Assembly: GCA_013239625.1 (NCBI GenBank)
Contig: MU053881.1
Coordinates: forward strand, 2,294,001-2,358,000
DNA from: Lama guanicoe
Lineage: Eukaryota
Direction: 5' to 3'
DNA length: 64,000 nt
Below the pieces are notes generated by a model. It saw only the letters and a program-made list of their open reading frames with translations. It was not told the origin of the DNA and did no database searches. This document shows positions 25,143-37,514 of the stretch, piece after piece; positions within the stretch are counted from its first letter, which is position 1; each line of letters begins with the position of its first letter. A program made the translations under genes and the position numbers.

Positions 25143-25879
25143 GCATATGGCAGCTGGTACCTCCACCACTGTTTAAAGGCTCACATATCAGTCAGGGAAA
25201 CGAGTCTGAGGAAAGAAAGGAGCCTTGGGACCACACTGAAAACACTGAAGAGGAGCCGGTCTCTGGCAGCTCAGGAAGCTGGGACCAGTCAAGCCAGCCA
25301 GTGTTTGAGAATGAGAACGTTAAATGTTTTGACAGATGTACTGGCCGCTTGGCTGAGCACACACAGTGTGGGAAGCCACAGGAAAGTACTGGGAGGGGTT
25401 GTGCCTTTCACAAAGCTGCCCAGGGTAGGGGGGACACATCTAGGCACTGTCTGCCTACCCCAGCAGATGCCAGAGGTCTCCAGGACATTGGGGGCACTGT
25501 GCACTACTTCTGGGGTATTCCATTTTGCCCTGCTGGTGTAGACCCTAACCAATATACCCAGGTCATTCTCTGCCAGTTGGAGGTTTATCAAAAGAGCCTG
25601 AAAATGGCTCAGAGGCAGCTCTTAAAAAAAAAAGTGTTTGGGGAACCAGTGTTACCTAGACCTCCTTCTCTGATCCAGAATGAATGTGGCCAAGGAGATC
25701 AGGCTAGTGAAAAAAATGAAGGCACCTCAGAAGAAATGGGAGATGAAGACAAAGAGGAGAGGCAGGAATCTAGGGCATCTGTCTGGCACTCAAAAACCAA
25801 GGATTTCCAAGAAAGCCCAGTTAAAAGCTTGAAAGAGAAACTTTTGTTGGAGGAAGAACCAACAACCAGTCATGGTCAG
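25143..25879 (+). CDS. UIMC1: UIMC1 large coding exon 5, containing the Abraxas-interacting region
   Basis: tacag|GCATATGG...GGTCAG|gtaagg; 737 nt inside ORF 25073..25927; GIWQLVPP...[42 protein letters not shown]...[10 protein letters not shown]. Confidence 0.97.
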
Positions 25880-27379
25880 GTAAGGGTCAGTGATGCTGTG
25901 ATTAAGGATGATTTATTCACAGATTAAACAAGGATTATTTTAGCTATCTGTTCTTTTTGTGTTTTTATCCCCCCTGATTTTTAGAGTAACATATACTCAC
26001 TGTGGAAAATTAGGGAAGTACAGAAGAATATAAAGAAAAAAAATTGCCCATAATCTCAGCACCAAGAGGCAATCATCATTATTTCTATGCATATAAAAAT
26101 GCTTTTCTTTTTAATTTTTCAAGAAAATGAAGACTCCTTTATATAAACTTTGTTCATTTCTCCTACTTAATAGCGTCTCTTAGATTTTTTTTCCTATTTA
26201 TTAAGTATACTTGAAAGCATTACTGTATCATAATGGATGTTTCATAGTTAATCTTTTGCTTTAAAATATGTATTTCTGAAAAGTTAAGTTTTTGAATAGG
26301 TAATAGTGTTTACATGACTCAAAATTCAAAGCCCTCACCTTCTTTTGCACAGATAATAGCATACTCCACATTATTCTGCACCTTGCTTTTTTCATTTAAT
26401 ACTATGGGATTATTCCATAACAGTACATGAAGAATTACTTCTTTTTTTTTTTTTTGGTGTGTAATACACCATATATGGATGAGTTTATTTTATCTAGTGC
26501 CCTTATTGGTGGATATTTAGGTTGTTTCCAAAATACTATTACAGATACTACTGCAGTGATTATTATTCTTGAACAGAAGATGTTTCATTTACACGGGAGA
26601 TACTTACAGGATAACTTCTTGCTGATATAATTGGTGGATCAAAGTATGTATGTATTTATAGTTTTGTTAGCTATTCCTAAGTTGCCTTCGTAGAAGATGT
26701 ATGAGTACCATCTTTCCAGTACCTATACCAGTACGGTATTATCAGGACTTCCTGATCTTTTGCAAATCTGAGAGATGAAACACAGTATCTCATTGCAGTT
26801 TGCATTTTTCTTACTGTGTAGTTGAGACTCATGTGTACATCCTTTTCTATTTAGATCTTATGGGCATTTTTCTTTTTCAACAATCTTTTTGTTAGTTGTT
26901 TGTAGGCACCCTTTATGTATTAGGGGAAGTGGTACTTTGTGATAGGAAGTGCAGTTACTTTTTTGCCCCCACATAATGGTGTATTTCTGATTTTGCTTGT
27001 GACTTAATTTGTGATTTTCAGTTACTTACTGAAAACAGCCTCCTGTTTTGGGATATTTGATTGCCTTTTAAGTCTTTTTCTCTGATATCTAGATTATATT
27101 ATATAGATATATACATTGTACATATAATAGAATAAGCTTGTATTCTATTTTTTCTCTGATATTATAAAAGCAATCATATAATTACAAATTCTTTATAAAT
27201 TGTAATTTTCAAGGATATTGTTTTATTAAAAAAAGAATATTATTTTATTACCATACTGTTTTTGTTGCTATTTCTGTTATTCGACTCAGTTTTTGGTTTT
27301 GTTTTGCTGTTACTCTGTTCTGTCTCTTTTATGATAAGGGTTCAAGACATGGTAGCTGTGAGAAATTTCATAGCAAAGC

Positions 27380-27600
27380 GTCGAGGGCATGGATTTGGAG
27401 TTTGAATTTTGACTTTAGTGTTCTGGTAACCATGCCTTTGAGCAAGTCATTTAACCTCTGAATCTTAGTTTAAAGACATCTGTGAACATCTGTAAAATGG
27501 GAGTAGCAATTCATATCTTTCAATAATTTTAATAATAAAAGCAAATTATGTAAAATGTCTAATATAATGCTTAGGAGATTATAGCTACTCAATAACTGGT
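27380..27600 (+). mobile_element. MIR
   Basis: Core ttgagcaagtcatttaacctctgaatcttagttt...catctgtaaaatggg. Further MIR-like copies lie near 12300, 30280, 37890, 39600, 41080, 42970, 46380, 52070, 60620 and 61400. Confidence 0.7.
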
Positions 27601-30600
27601 AATTTTCTCTAAGGAACGAGAAGGTTAATCATTGAGAGTATGTATGGGACTTATTCTTCCCTAGCAGCCTTCTTCATCTGCATTCTAGAAAGACTGCTGT
27701 GTGGGAAGAGAAGGCATTTTTCTTCACTGTTCTGCATCTTTTCCAAAGGAAGGTTAGGTTATGCTTATGAGAACGTGTTTTATTTGTTCATTCCTATTCT
27801 GAGGTGCTTCCTTTTAAAAGAGTAAGTTAACTCCACGGTTACTGCAGAACACTTAATGATTTGCTGTAATTCAAGTTGTTAGCTTGAAAGATCCCAGGGG
27901 CCAGAGTTCTGGAGCATAGACTTGTGTCAAGTTCTGAGGTTTGAAAGCAGTACCTTTGGAATAGGCTGGAAGTGGTTAGAACCTATTGACTGGCTGTAGT
28001 AGGTTGAGGTTCTCTAACTTCATCAACAGGCCACCAAATGTTACACATAGTACTAGTAATTGGTAGTATTTGGCTATAGCAAACGAAATCAAGCTAGCTT
28101 AATTAAAAAGATGGCTTTATCATAAGGAACTAGGGTGCCTCATAAATTCCAAAATAGGTTGGTAAACCAAGCCTGGATCATGTACTAAGCCTAGAAAATC
28201 ATCTGTAATTTTTCTGTATCTCACCACTATGTTGTATATGCTTCATTCTTCTCCCTGCAAACTTGCTTCCTTTGCTTCTCTGTTTCACGTGGTGGGTGGA
28301 AGACACTGATCCTACAGTTCCCAAAGGTAAAAACAATTTACAGGAGATTTATTTGTCTCCTAATATCAACATTAAACTTCTAGGAAATAACTTATGGCCC
28401 GTTTGGGGTTCGTAGCCCTCACCAGCCCAGTTGGCTGTGGCCTGAAGGGGGTGTGTTCCAAATTGTACAAATGGCTATGAACCCACTGCTGTACTGCAGT
28501 GAGAGGGGTGAGGAACAGCCCCTAGTAAAAGGATACCAGGCAGACAACCTAGTAATTCAGTTTAGTCATTAACATTAATTTTAGGAATCACTTAGAACTA
28601 TTGAAAAATACCAAAAAGTATAAAGAACAAAATTGAAAAAGTATCCACAGTGATGTATTCCTTCATCTTTTTTTCTATACCTGTTTTTGGTATGGTTAGA
28701 TTATATTACTATATTTTTATATATATATGTATTTTTTTGTGGGGGGAAGTCATTAGTATATTTTTATATTTTTAAGTTAATATTACGTAAACATTTTCTT
28801 ATGATGTTAAAATTATTTATAGATTTCATTTTTAATGATTATATAATATTTTGGCCGTATGCATTTACCTTAATATATAAACTGTTTTCCTATTGCCAGA
28901 TATTTCAGTTGTGATAAATGTTTTTCTAAATAAAACTTATATTTATTTAAAATCAGTGTCTTTAGGGATAAGGGGCCAGAAACATACTGGATTAAAGGGT
29001 TATGAACATTAAAAAAAAAAGACTTGATATTTATTGCTAAATTGCTTTTTAGAAAGGTTGTTCAAATTTGAACTGTTTTCTTCCAGCAATGTATGAGAAT
29101 GCCTGGTTCAGTGCAGCCATGCCAACTAGAATGGTGTCTTTAAAAAAGGAAACAAAGAGAAATCAACTTACTAATTTTATGGCAAATAAATGAAAGGCTT
29201 GTGATTGTATTTTCACATCTTATGTTGATCTTTTGCTTTCAGCTACCCTGGGTAGAAAGCGTTTATATGTTAAAATGTTTTCTGTTGATTATGTCTTTGC
29301 TGGAACTGCCCACATTTGAGACTCCTTGGTTGGTAGAGATAGCAAGAGAGTCCCAGAAATAGGGGCTCAGAAAAACATTCACTGTGGGGCAGATTGCTTA
29401 GTCTTTACCTAGGTTGTAAAACCTTTAGGATTAGATGATAACTGGTTTCTGGCATCACTGCAATTATAGGGAAGTTGTTAATGAAAATGGAGAGGTCATC
29501 TTGATGGCTGTCCAGCAAGGAGGGGAGGGGTAGTATATTGATGTGGTCACTACTTTTCAGGGTCTGATCCTTAATTTTCAGTTTCAGTAACTGAGATTTC
29601 TTTCCCAGAAATGACCAGATTATGTGGAGCTTTGAGAACTGACTTTGACTAACCAAATTTCAAGCTGATATGTACACCAAATGTCAGTTTGTTAATTTAT
29701 TATGAAAGAGAGACATTTTCAGTGACCAGAATACTCAGGTCTACCATCCCCTATACCTTTTTCTAGGATGAAGGAATCTGGAAGGATGAAATAATAATTA
29801 GAAAATAGAAATTTTAAGGGATGATTCAACTAGTCTGTGGAAAGACCTGATAAACTACTGGTACCTGAGAATGGAGGATGTTTCTGTGGTGACCAGATGA
29901 TTTATCTATTCACTTGCATTTCTAGGCCATAGATTGAGCTGTTGCAAACGGTCCCTTTTCCATTAACATATTATTTGTTCAGGCAGACTGCAATGTCTTG
30001 ATTAGGCCATAGCTTCCTTAGTGAAAGTTACATTCCTGTCATGCTTCTCTGTTTACCTTGATTAGATTTGGATATTCTAATCACATTTTGTTTACTTGTT
30101 TTGCTCTGTTATTTTCATATTCTGAAAGAACCTTACTTTACCCCTGTGTTTAGATTATTGCCATGGAGGTATATGTTTAGAAATTAGAAAATGATTTGGG
30201 GAAATGAAGACATTCTCGGGAATTCTGTGTTGAAATGGTTAGGAAGATCATTTCTGTAAACAATATAACTAGTGGTTAGAACATGGATTTTGGAGTCAGA
30301 AAGGTCCAGGCTCCACTTTGAACAACTCTGTGATTTTGGGTGGATTATTTAACCTGTCAAAGTCTCACTTTCCTCATTTCTAAAATAATGCCTTCTGCTT
30401 CAGAAGATTCTTGTGAGGAATAAAGGAGATAACACATGTGAAGTGATTAGCATAGGCTTGGCGTGTAATAGGTGTGTAATGATTAAAAAAAATTACATTG
30501 GGAAATGTAGAGATATGTTTAGCATAGGGTAGAGATGGAGGTATCGCATAGCTTATTGGTACCTTGATTGCTTCTGAAGCCAGTGGCTTAGTTGACCAGT

Positions 30601-31728
30601 CATTCCAACAAGGTAAAATTCTGTTAAATGGACACCAGGTGTCAGTATTTACCTTTTTTTTTTTGAGACATCAGGAATAAAACAGTGTTTTGTCACCACT
30701 GAGTTCAAACCAATAGTCAGGTGAAGTATTTATTGCTGTTGTATTTTAGTCCTTTTGACAGCTTTTTTCAACTCTCATTTTTCATAATGACTACATTCCC
30801 AATCATTGTACAGCTTTATCTTCCCTTTGACTGAAGGCTCATCTAGGCTGTTGCTGTATTTTAGTATATTTACCTGAGTGGTAGAGAGGTGCCTAACTTG
30901 TTTATTAGGTTATTTATATCCTGTTAGGAGACCCTGAAAACTTCAGCCAGTAGCTTTACATCTATTGGAAGAAGCCTCACAGTCAAGGCACTTCCTCAGA
31001 AGTACCCCTAAGGCAGCAGTAGCTGATTTTTCCACTGTCCTGTGCATCTACATTTAATGAGTTAACATTTGTACCAACTCTACTATTAATCAAAGAAAAT
31101 AATCTTTTTCTTATCCAGTCTCTGTTATGTTTTTTAAAAGATACCTCTGTAGCCAGATATTAAACTCATAGTGCAGATTTGTAACAAAAGGAATCTTTAT
31201 AATCATTTCTTTTGGATATCCTGTTATGGCTTGGTTGTGCCATGAGAACTTCTTTCATGTTGCAGTTTTTCCCAACTCAGTATTTTCATTGAGAACTGGA
31301 CTTTCCTCTGTATTTCCTCCTTCCACAACAAAAGCTTCATAATTGCTTTTCTGAAGTCATAATTTGTTTGACTTACCAATTAATATTTGTATGTCATATT
31401 TTACACAGTACATCATATATATTATCTTAATTCTCACAGTAACACTCTGTGAAGCAATTGTTAGTACCATTTTAAGATGAGCAAACATTCAGATATGACT
31501 TTACCAGGATTACAAAATCAATAGGTAATTTACCTGTGATTTAAATCCCAGTGTTCTGACTCAACAGGATATACTTTTTTTACTTAAACTTACTGACTTA
31601 TGTAAAATGATTTATTCTTATTTCTAATTGTTGAGTGATAATGTTGAAAAATTAAATTGTTTTTAGAAAGGAAGAGAAACTAGTTCATCTGTGCCTGTAT
31701 GTTTAGGATATTACGTATTTCTTTGCAG

Positions 31729-31790
31729 TCTTCCCAAGGGCTATTTGTTGAAACTTCTGAAGAAGGAAACCCTGCACCTGCCTCACAAAG
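31729..31790 (+). CDS. UIMC1: UIMC1 coding exon 6
   Basis: ctttgcag|TCTTCC...CACAAAG|gtaaga; 62 nt; SSQGLFVETSEEGNPAPASQ(S), with two SQ motifs. Confidence 0.93.
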
Positions 31791-33801
31791 GTAAGATTAT
31801 ATGTTGTTATAGGTCTGAATTCTCCTCTGATAGTACCAGAATAAAAGAGACGAGCCACATGAGTGAGACTGTGCAGGAACAGCTTGCCAGGAATCTTTCA
31901 GCTCTTTTATATGCACAGACTGGGAGAAATCATCATCTCCTAGTTCTCAAATATGCATCTCATAGAAGCCTAGAATATTAAGGTGGAGAATATCTTAGCG
32001 TTTACTTGTCTAGTCCAGCCATCTAGGCACAAATCCCATCTACACTATTCCTGAAAAGTGGTTATATCCTGCTACTCTCCTAACCAACTACACTAGCTCC
32101 CTATACCAGTTTGAAGACTCTAGACTGATTTCTTTATGGTCCTTCTGGTCCTTTCTCTGCTTTCTCTTTTTGTTCCCTCTGCTTATGCTTATTTTATCTG
32201 CATATCCAAACCATATAAATCTTTAAGCCTGCTCTTGAGATTTACATCCTCTCTGAAGCCTTTATATTGTTGAGGCCACATGGAACCTGTTATCACCCTG
32301 ACTCCGTGTCCTTTGCCACTTTTAATCTGGTTGTATCTCATCTTTTCCTAAATGATTGTATTTGTATTATCTCCTCAGTTATTCTTGTTGATTGGTGGTG
32401 TTACTTTAGTTTTCTGACTAATAGAGGTTGATTGGTTACAAACTGTACTATTAACTGGATCAGGCCTCCAATTACTTTCCCTTTTACAGGCAGTTTATCA
32501 CTGGGGATTACTCAAGAGCCTAATTTTGTGTTAACTGGCCTTCATCTTCCAAACGGAAGTTGAGGCCCAATTGCTATTTGCTGTAATTTAGTTGGTGGTT
32601 TTTGGTTAAGTTGTTAGTAGTAGGTAGTTCTTCCTGAGCTAAAGAACATGGCTTTGGTTTGATTCTCTTGCTGTTAAGACAGTTTTGAAAGTGGTTTTAA
32701 CTGGAGTAGGCCTTCTGCTTCCTGTAGGCCTCTCTGCTTTGTTGTGGTGAGCCTTGTGCAGAGCAGATGTAGGTTTTAATAAATGATTATATGCTTTGTC
32801 ACCAGGAGAGAGTTGGAATTGCAGGCAATGTGGTTTGACTTCAAATTGATTAGCCCATTTTATAAATGTCAGCAAATTGTTTTGTGATAGACTCTTTGAA
32901 TAGAGCCCTAATGTTACATGCAGAGTAAACTGTATCTGGCTTGGGTTTATAACAAATGCTATGAGGTGTTTTATTTAGAGGGAGAAATCACTTGTGGTTT
33001 CCTAGCAGGATTTAGTTATTTATCATGAATCAGTGGTGGTTATTCTCTCTTCTTTGTGGTTCTTGGTTGATGTGAGGATTTGTGTTTTTAAGCGTCCTCT
33101 TGCATACTTGATCAAACTAATCGTAAAGCTCTGTGAAGCATGAGGAAGCTAGCTCAGATGCTAAGCTCTCTTAGCCATGTGTTCCTATGTCAGGAAGAGA
33201 TTGCATGCTATGAACAGGCTGGGTAAACCAGAAGGTTGGATGAGGGGAGCCATTCATAATTATGTTTTTCTCAGAAGAGATATTCAGCTGGGTCGGGCAG
33301 ATTTTTGCTGTAGGCAGTTTGGATTTGTATCTTATTTTTGTTGCTGGGACAGCAACATCTTGAAATAAAGAGGAAATTTAACTGCAAGGTGAGGGGAGAG
33401 CTATTGTGTTGTCAGGAGAATCTCCATGTCTTCTCTTATGAGTTTACAAACCTCTAGCTTTCAGAAGGCTGAGATGGAGACTGTAAAACACTTTTGACAT
33501 CCTTATATTGGAGTGGATTTTTTGTCTTCTGTTGTGTTCATAGATAGTCCTTACCCTTCAACCTTCCTTTCTGAAAACTCCAGAAGGGGGTTCTTTTCAT
33601 TCAGTGATTTCACTGAAACTAAAGTTGTAAGCATGTTTATTTTCCCTATTTCTGGCCTGAAGTTTTCACTGCTGATTCCTTGCTTCCCTGTTGTGCTTTT
33701 GTGTATTGGACAGCAGGTATTAGATTACCTGTGGCTTTGTGAATGACTCACCATTGCTTTTGGCCCTGTGTTCTGATTTATTTTACTGGGAATTCACTTG
33801 G

Positions 33802-33849
33802 GTTTTTTTTGTTTGTTTGTTTTTTTGTTTTGTTTGTTTGTTTGTTTTT
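33802..33849 (+). repeat. (TTTG)n/poly-T simple repeat forming the acceptor tract of UIMC1 coding exon 7
   Basis: gttttttttgtttgtttgtttttttgttttgtttgtttgtttgttttt directly before the AG at 33850-33851. Confidence 0.9.
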
Positions 33850-33851
33850 AG

Positions 33852-33928
33852 CTTTCCTACTTTGACCTGTAAAAGAAGCTTGGTCCTTAGGCCAGAGAGT
33901 TCTGCAGAGGAAATCATTGTGTGTCCTG
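33852..33928 (+). CDS. UIMC1: UIMC1 coding exon 7
   Basis: ttttag|CTTTCC...GTCCTG|gtaagt; 77 nt; FPTLTCKRSLVLRPESSAEEIIVCP(E); phases fit both neighbours. Confidence 0.93.
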
Positions 33929-34233
33929 GTAAGTAGCCCATTGAGATTTTACTGAGTTTGTAATCCCTAGCTATCTACCTTTTTGTGCCTATTAATTTTG
34001 CTGACTTTGTCAACCACTCTCAGGAAGTTTATGTGTGATTGATGTGTATGTATGTGTTCACACACATACGTATATACATATACACACTTTTTAAATGGAC
34101 ATTGGCTCTGCTTCTCACATTTTCTCTTCTTAGAGATATTTTAGTTTGAAATTAACATGGCCTTTTGTCTGCTTGTTTGCTTACCAGCCTCATCAGAGAT
34201 GGCAGCAAAACATTATGAATAGCAGAGGACTTT

Positions 34234-34291
34234 TTTTTTTTTTTTAGTAAAAGGCGAAAGATTTATTCGATCTGAAGAGAAACCAGAGCAT
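34234..34291 (-). pseudogene. U5 snRNA retropseudogene, 5' ~49 nt plus A-tail
   Basis: Minus strand reads atgctctggtttctcttcagatcgaataaatctttcgccttttactaaa(A)n, matching the U5 5' end including loop 1 GCCUUUUAC. Perfect 19-bp TSD atgaatagcagaggacttt at 34215-34233 and 34290-34308. Confidence 0.93.
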
Positions 34292-36325
34292 GAATAGCAG
34301 AGGACTTTATGTTTTGGTTTATGGGTTTTCAAAGTTGAATTGTCCTCAGATCTACCTGTTATTAAGCAGTTTTTTCCCTGAGGCTTTTACTAGTTAGTTT
34401 TACATTGCCATTCATGGGGTCTATTGCATAGAGAGTCCAGAAATTAATTGAATTTTGTACATAAATTTCTGTCATTGACTTACTTTTAGTCTCAGAAAAT
34501 ATGCTTAACCTGGTTAAGTACCTTACCTCATTTTTTGTTAATAATAGAGATAAAAAGACATGGGTGCTTTGCTTAAGGTATGAGAGAACTTCACATGAAA
34601 GTTGCACATGAATAGGTTTGCTACACAAAATAATTCAAAATGAGCTAAGTACCCACTAAGGGAACTCTTGAATTGAATCATTGTATAATATGAAGAATTA
34701 TTTTATGATATTAATCACTGCTTTCTAAGGAATTTATTTTAGCTTAAATTTTCTTTTTTTTGGCTTTTCTTAAAAGTGGGGCCTATTATCAGTAACCTCA
34801 TTCATGTGAAATTGAGGTACTTCCTCTTAATGTTTGAATGTTTGGACAGCAGGTGTGGGACAAATGTTACCATAAGTCACATCTCGTTTTCCCTTAGGTG
34901 GCATATAACCTGTCAGGATCAGAGGGACTCGTAGTTTTCTTTTTTTGGTTTCTTTCATGTTTTGCCAGAGATACATACTTAATTACAGGGTTTTCCTAGA
35001 CTAATGTGTAAACTATTTTTAAACATTTGGCAGCATACTGTAAAGGTCTTTCTTTACTTACTTTTAAAGTTTAACTATGTTTTTTTTAATTGAAAGTGAT
35101 TTCTTAATTCATTTGAAATTTATTTGGATTACTGCCTAATGATACCCACTAAGAGACCTCACTGCCAAGTGCTCTGATTTTGGCAGGAGCACTCAGGAAT
35201 GCTGTGTTATCTTTGTGAAAATATAGCGTTACTCCTTCTCCATATGAGACAACTGACATGCTATCCTGCTGGGAAGTAACTCAGTAAGTTTAGAATGATG
35301 ACATGTGATGTCACCCTGGGATCTTGCAGGAGGAACCTGCAAATACATAATATTGAAATCTCTAATGTGAGGAAAGTTAACGAAAGAGGAAAAATCAAGC
35401 CTTTCATGACTGAGGTTAGATAACTTTTATGATCATGACTTACTGTCATTAGTCCGCTAATTAAGTCCAACTGTGTGCGGATATAAACCACTTCTAAATG
35501 AGATTGTAAAAGGTTTTCCTAACGTTACTGTTCCTTTTGCTAAGAAAGTATAACTACTTCTCCATGGAGCCAGACTCCTGAGTGTCTTTTTAAATATGTA
35601 ATTTAGAAGCTATGTATAAAAATTTGTCCTAAATGGTGAAACACAGATTAAGTATAGTAGTCCATCTTACCTATTTTGTTTTGTCTCATATTTCTGACAG
35701 TTCCAGGGGTCTGATAGTCAAACTTAGAATATCATCTTAGTGAAGAAGCAGGATTACAGCCTTATGCCCACATTGTGCATAGTACTAGCATTATTTATTT
35801 CTGCAGAGCTAATACCCTCTTAATTTGTCTCTATAGTTGAACATGTCAGCCATTCACAAAAGGTTAAAGACTTTATTGTTACAGTATTACAAGCAGTGAG
35901 CAACTCTTACTTTCTAATAGACTGAATGTCTTTTTTGGTAATATCTCTCAGGGAACTTTGATAAAGAAGATTTTGAAGTTATGCAGTGTAAGCCTTTTTC
36001 CAACAAGGGTGGTATAAAATCTGTTTGTGTATCCAGTTTTCAAAAAATTGTGATGTATTAAAATATGGTTAACACTAGAAATGGATTTCATCATTCTTGG
36101 ATGACTGAGAAGACACCTCAGTATCTTTCAGCTACACTATTTGCTGAGCATTGGCCACTCATTGTATTTGGGAAGCACAGAAATACCAGTTAGATATATA
36201 GTGCATATAGTGTAGATAACAGGTAACTTACTGGATTGTGTTCACAGATAAATTTCTTTTCCAGATTTATTGTCCTTCTTTGAAATATAGTTACTGTTCT
36301 TATATTAAGTGAAAGGTTTCTAGAC

Positions 36326-36547
36326 CAGAGGTTGGCAGACTTTTTCTGTAAAAGACGAGATGGTAAGTATCTTAGGCTTTGTGGACCATACAGTCTGGGG
36401 AAACTACTCAGCTCTGCTATTTTAACTCAAAAGCAACCACAGACTGTATAAAGAATGAATGTGGCTGTGTTCCAATGAAACTTTATTTTCAAAAACAGGC
36501 AACTAGCTGGATTTGGCCCATGAACTATATAGTTTGCTGATACCTGA
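36326..36547 (+). mobile_element. MER58A-like hAT MITE
   Basis: Terminal inverted repeats cagaggttggcagact ... agtttgctgatacctg; ~220 bp with typical interior. Confidence 0.8.
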
Positions 36548-36819
36548 ACTAGACTGTGAGGGATCCCATCTTACATCTCCATATTGCCAGTAGCCTGTAC
36601 AGTGTCTGGAACTTCTTCCATAAATATTTGCTGCATTAATTTTGAATGAGTAGATGGTGCTTAAAGAATAATTAAAGAAAGGCCTATTTTTGTTGAGCAT
36701 GTATTTTTATTAATGCTTTCAATTTTTGTCTTCTCTAATCATCACTTTAACCTCAGAATTAGCATTGACAGTGTTTTGTTTTCTATCAGAATAAATATAC
36801 TTTAAAACTAGAACCATGC

Positions 36820-37278
36820 TGGAAAGAAGCCAAGTGGATTAACTGATGAATGAATAAACAAATTGTGATATATCTTAACAGTGGAATACTACTCAGCAGT
36901 AAAAAGGAATGTACTGATATATCTAATAACATGGATGCTTCTCAAACACATTATACTAAGTGAAAGAAATCAGACACAAAGATGACACAGTGTACTATTT
37001 CATTTTCATTTATATGACCTTCTAGGAAAGGCAAAACTTTGGGAACATAAAGTAGATTGGTCATTGCAGGGAGCCAAGTGGGAGGGAGAATTAATTGTGG
37101 GGGGTATATGAGAACTTTTGGGGATGCAAGAAATGTTTTTTTATTTTGACTGTGGTGATTGTTACGTGGTATAATTGATACCATGTATAGATTGTACACA
37201 TTTGTCAAAACTCACCATACTGTAAATTGAAAATTGGTGAACTCTGTTGTATGTAAATTATGCTTCAGTGAAGCTTTA
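36820..37278 (+). mobile_element. Old L1M 3' end
   Basis: gtggaatactactcagcagtaaaaaggaatg...ctaagtgaaagaaatcagacac...gtatgtaaattatgcttcagtgaagct. Confidence 0.75.
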
Positions 37279-37413
37279 AGAAGAAAGAAGCTAGATCTAT
37301 ATTCCCACTGCAGTATTCTCATACCGTAAGTTTTAGGGGAGATAGGTATTTGTTTTTTAAATTATGAAAATACAAAAGGAAACTTAATGAAGTTTTAATT
37401 TTTTAAATTACAG

Positions 37414-37514
37414 AAACACAGCTATGTTCCCCTGAAACTTTTGACCTTGAAAAAGAAGACTTTCCAGGCAGCAGAGGGACCCCAGGTGAAGTAAGAATAA
37501 TGGCAGATAAGGAG
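37414..37514 (+). CDS. UIMC1: UIMC1 coding exon 8
   Basis: ttacag|AAACAC...AAGGAG|gtgaat; 101 nt; (E)TQLCSPETFDLEKEDFPGSRGTPGEVRIMADKE; ends in phase 0. Confidence 0.92.

Noticed and set aside
25107..25591. Alternative-frame and antisense ORFs overlapping the large UIMC1 exon
   Set aside because: Expected shadows of a coding exon; they use non-ATG or weak starts and have no independent support.
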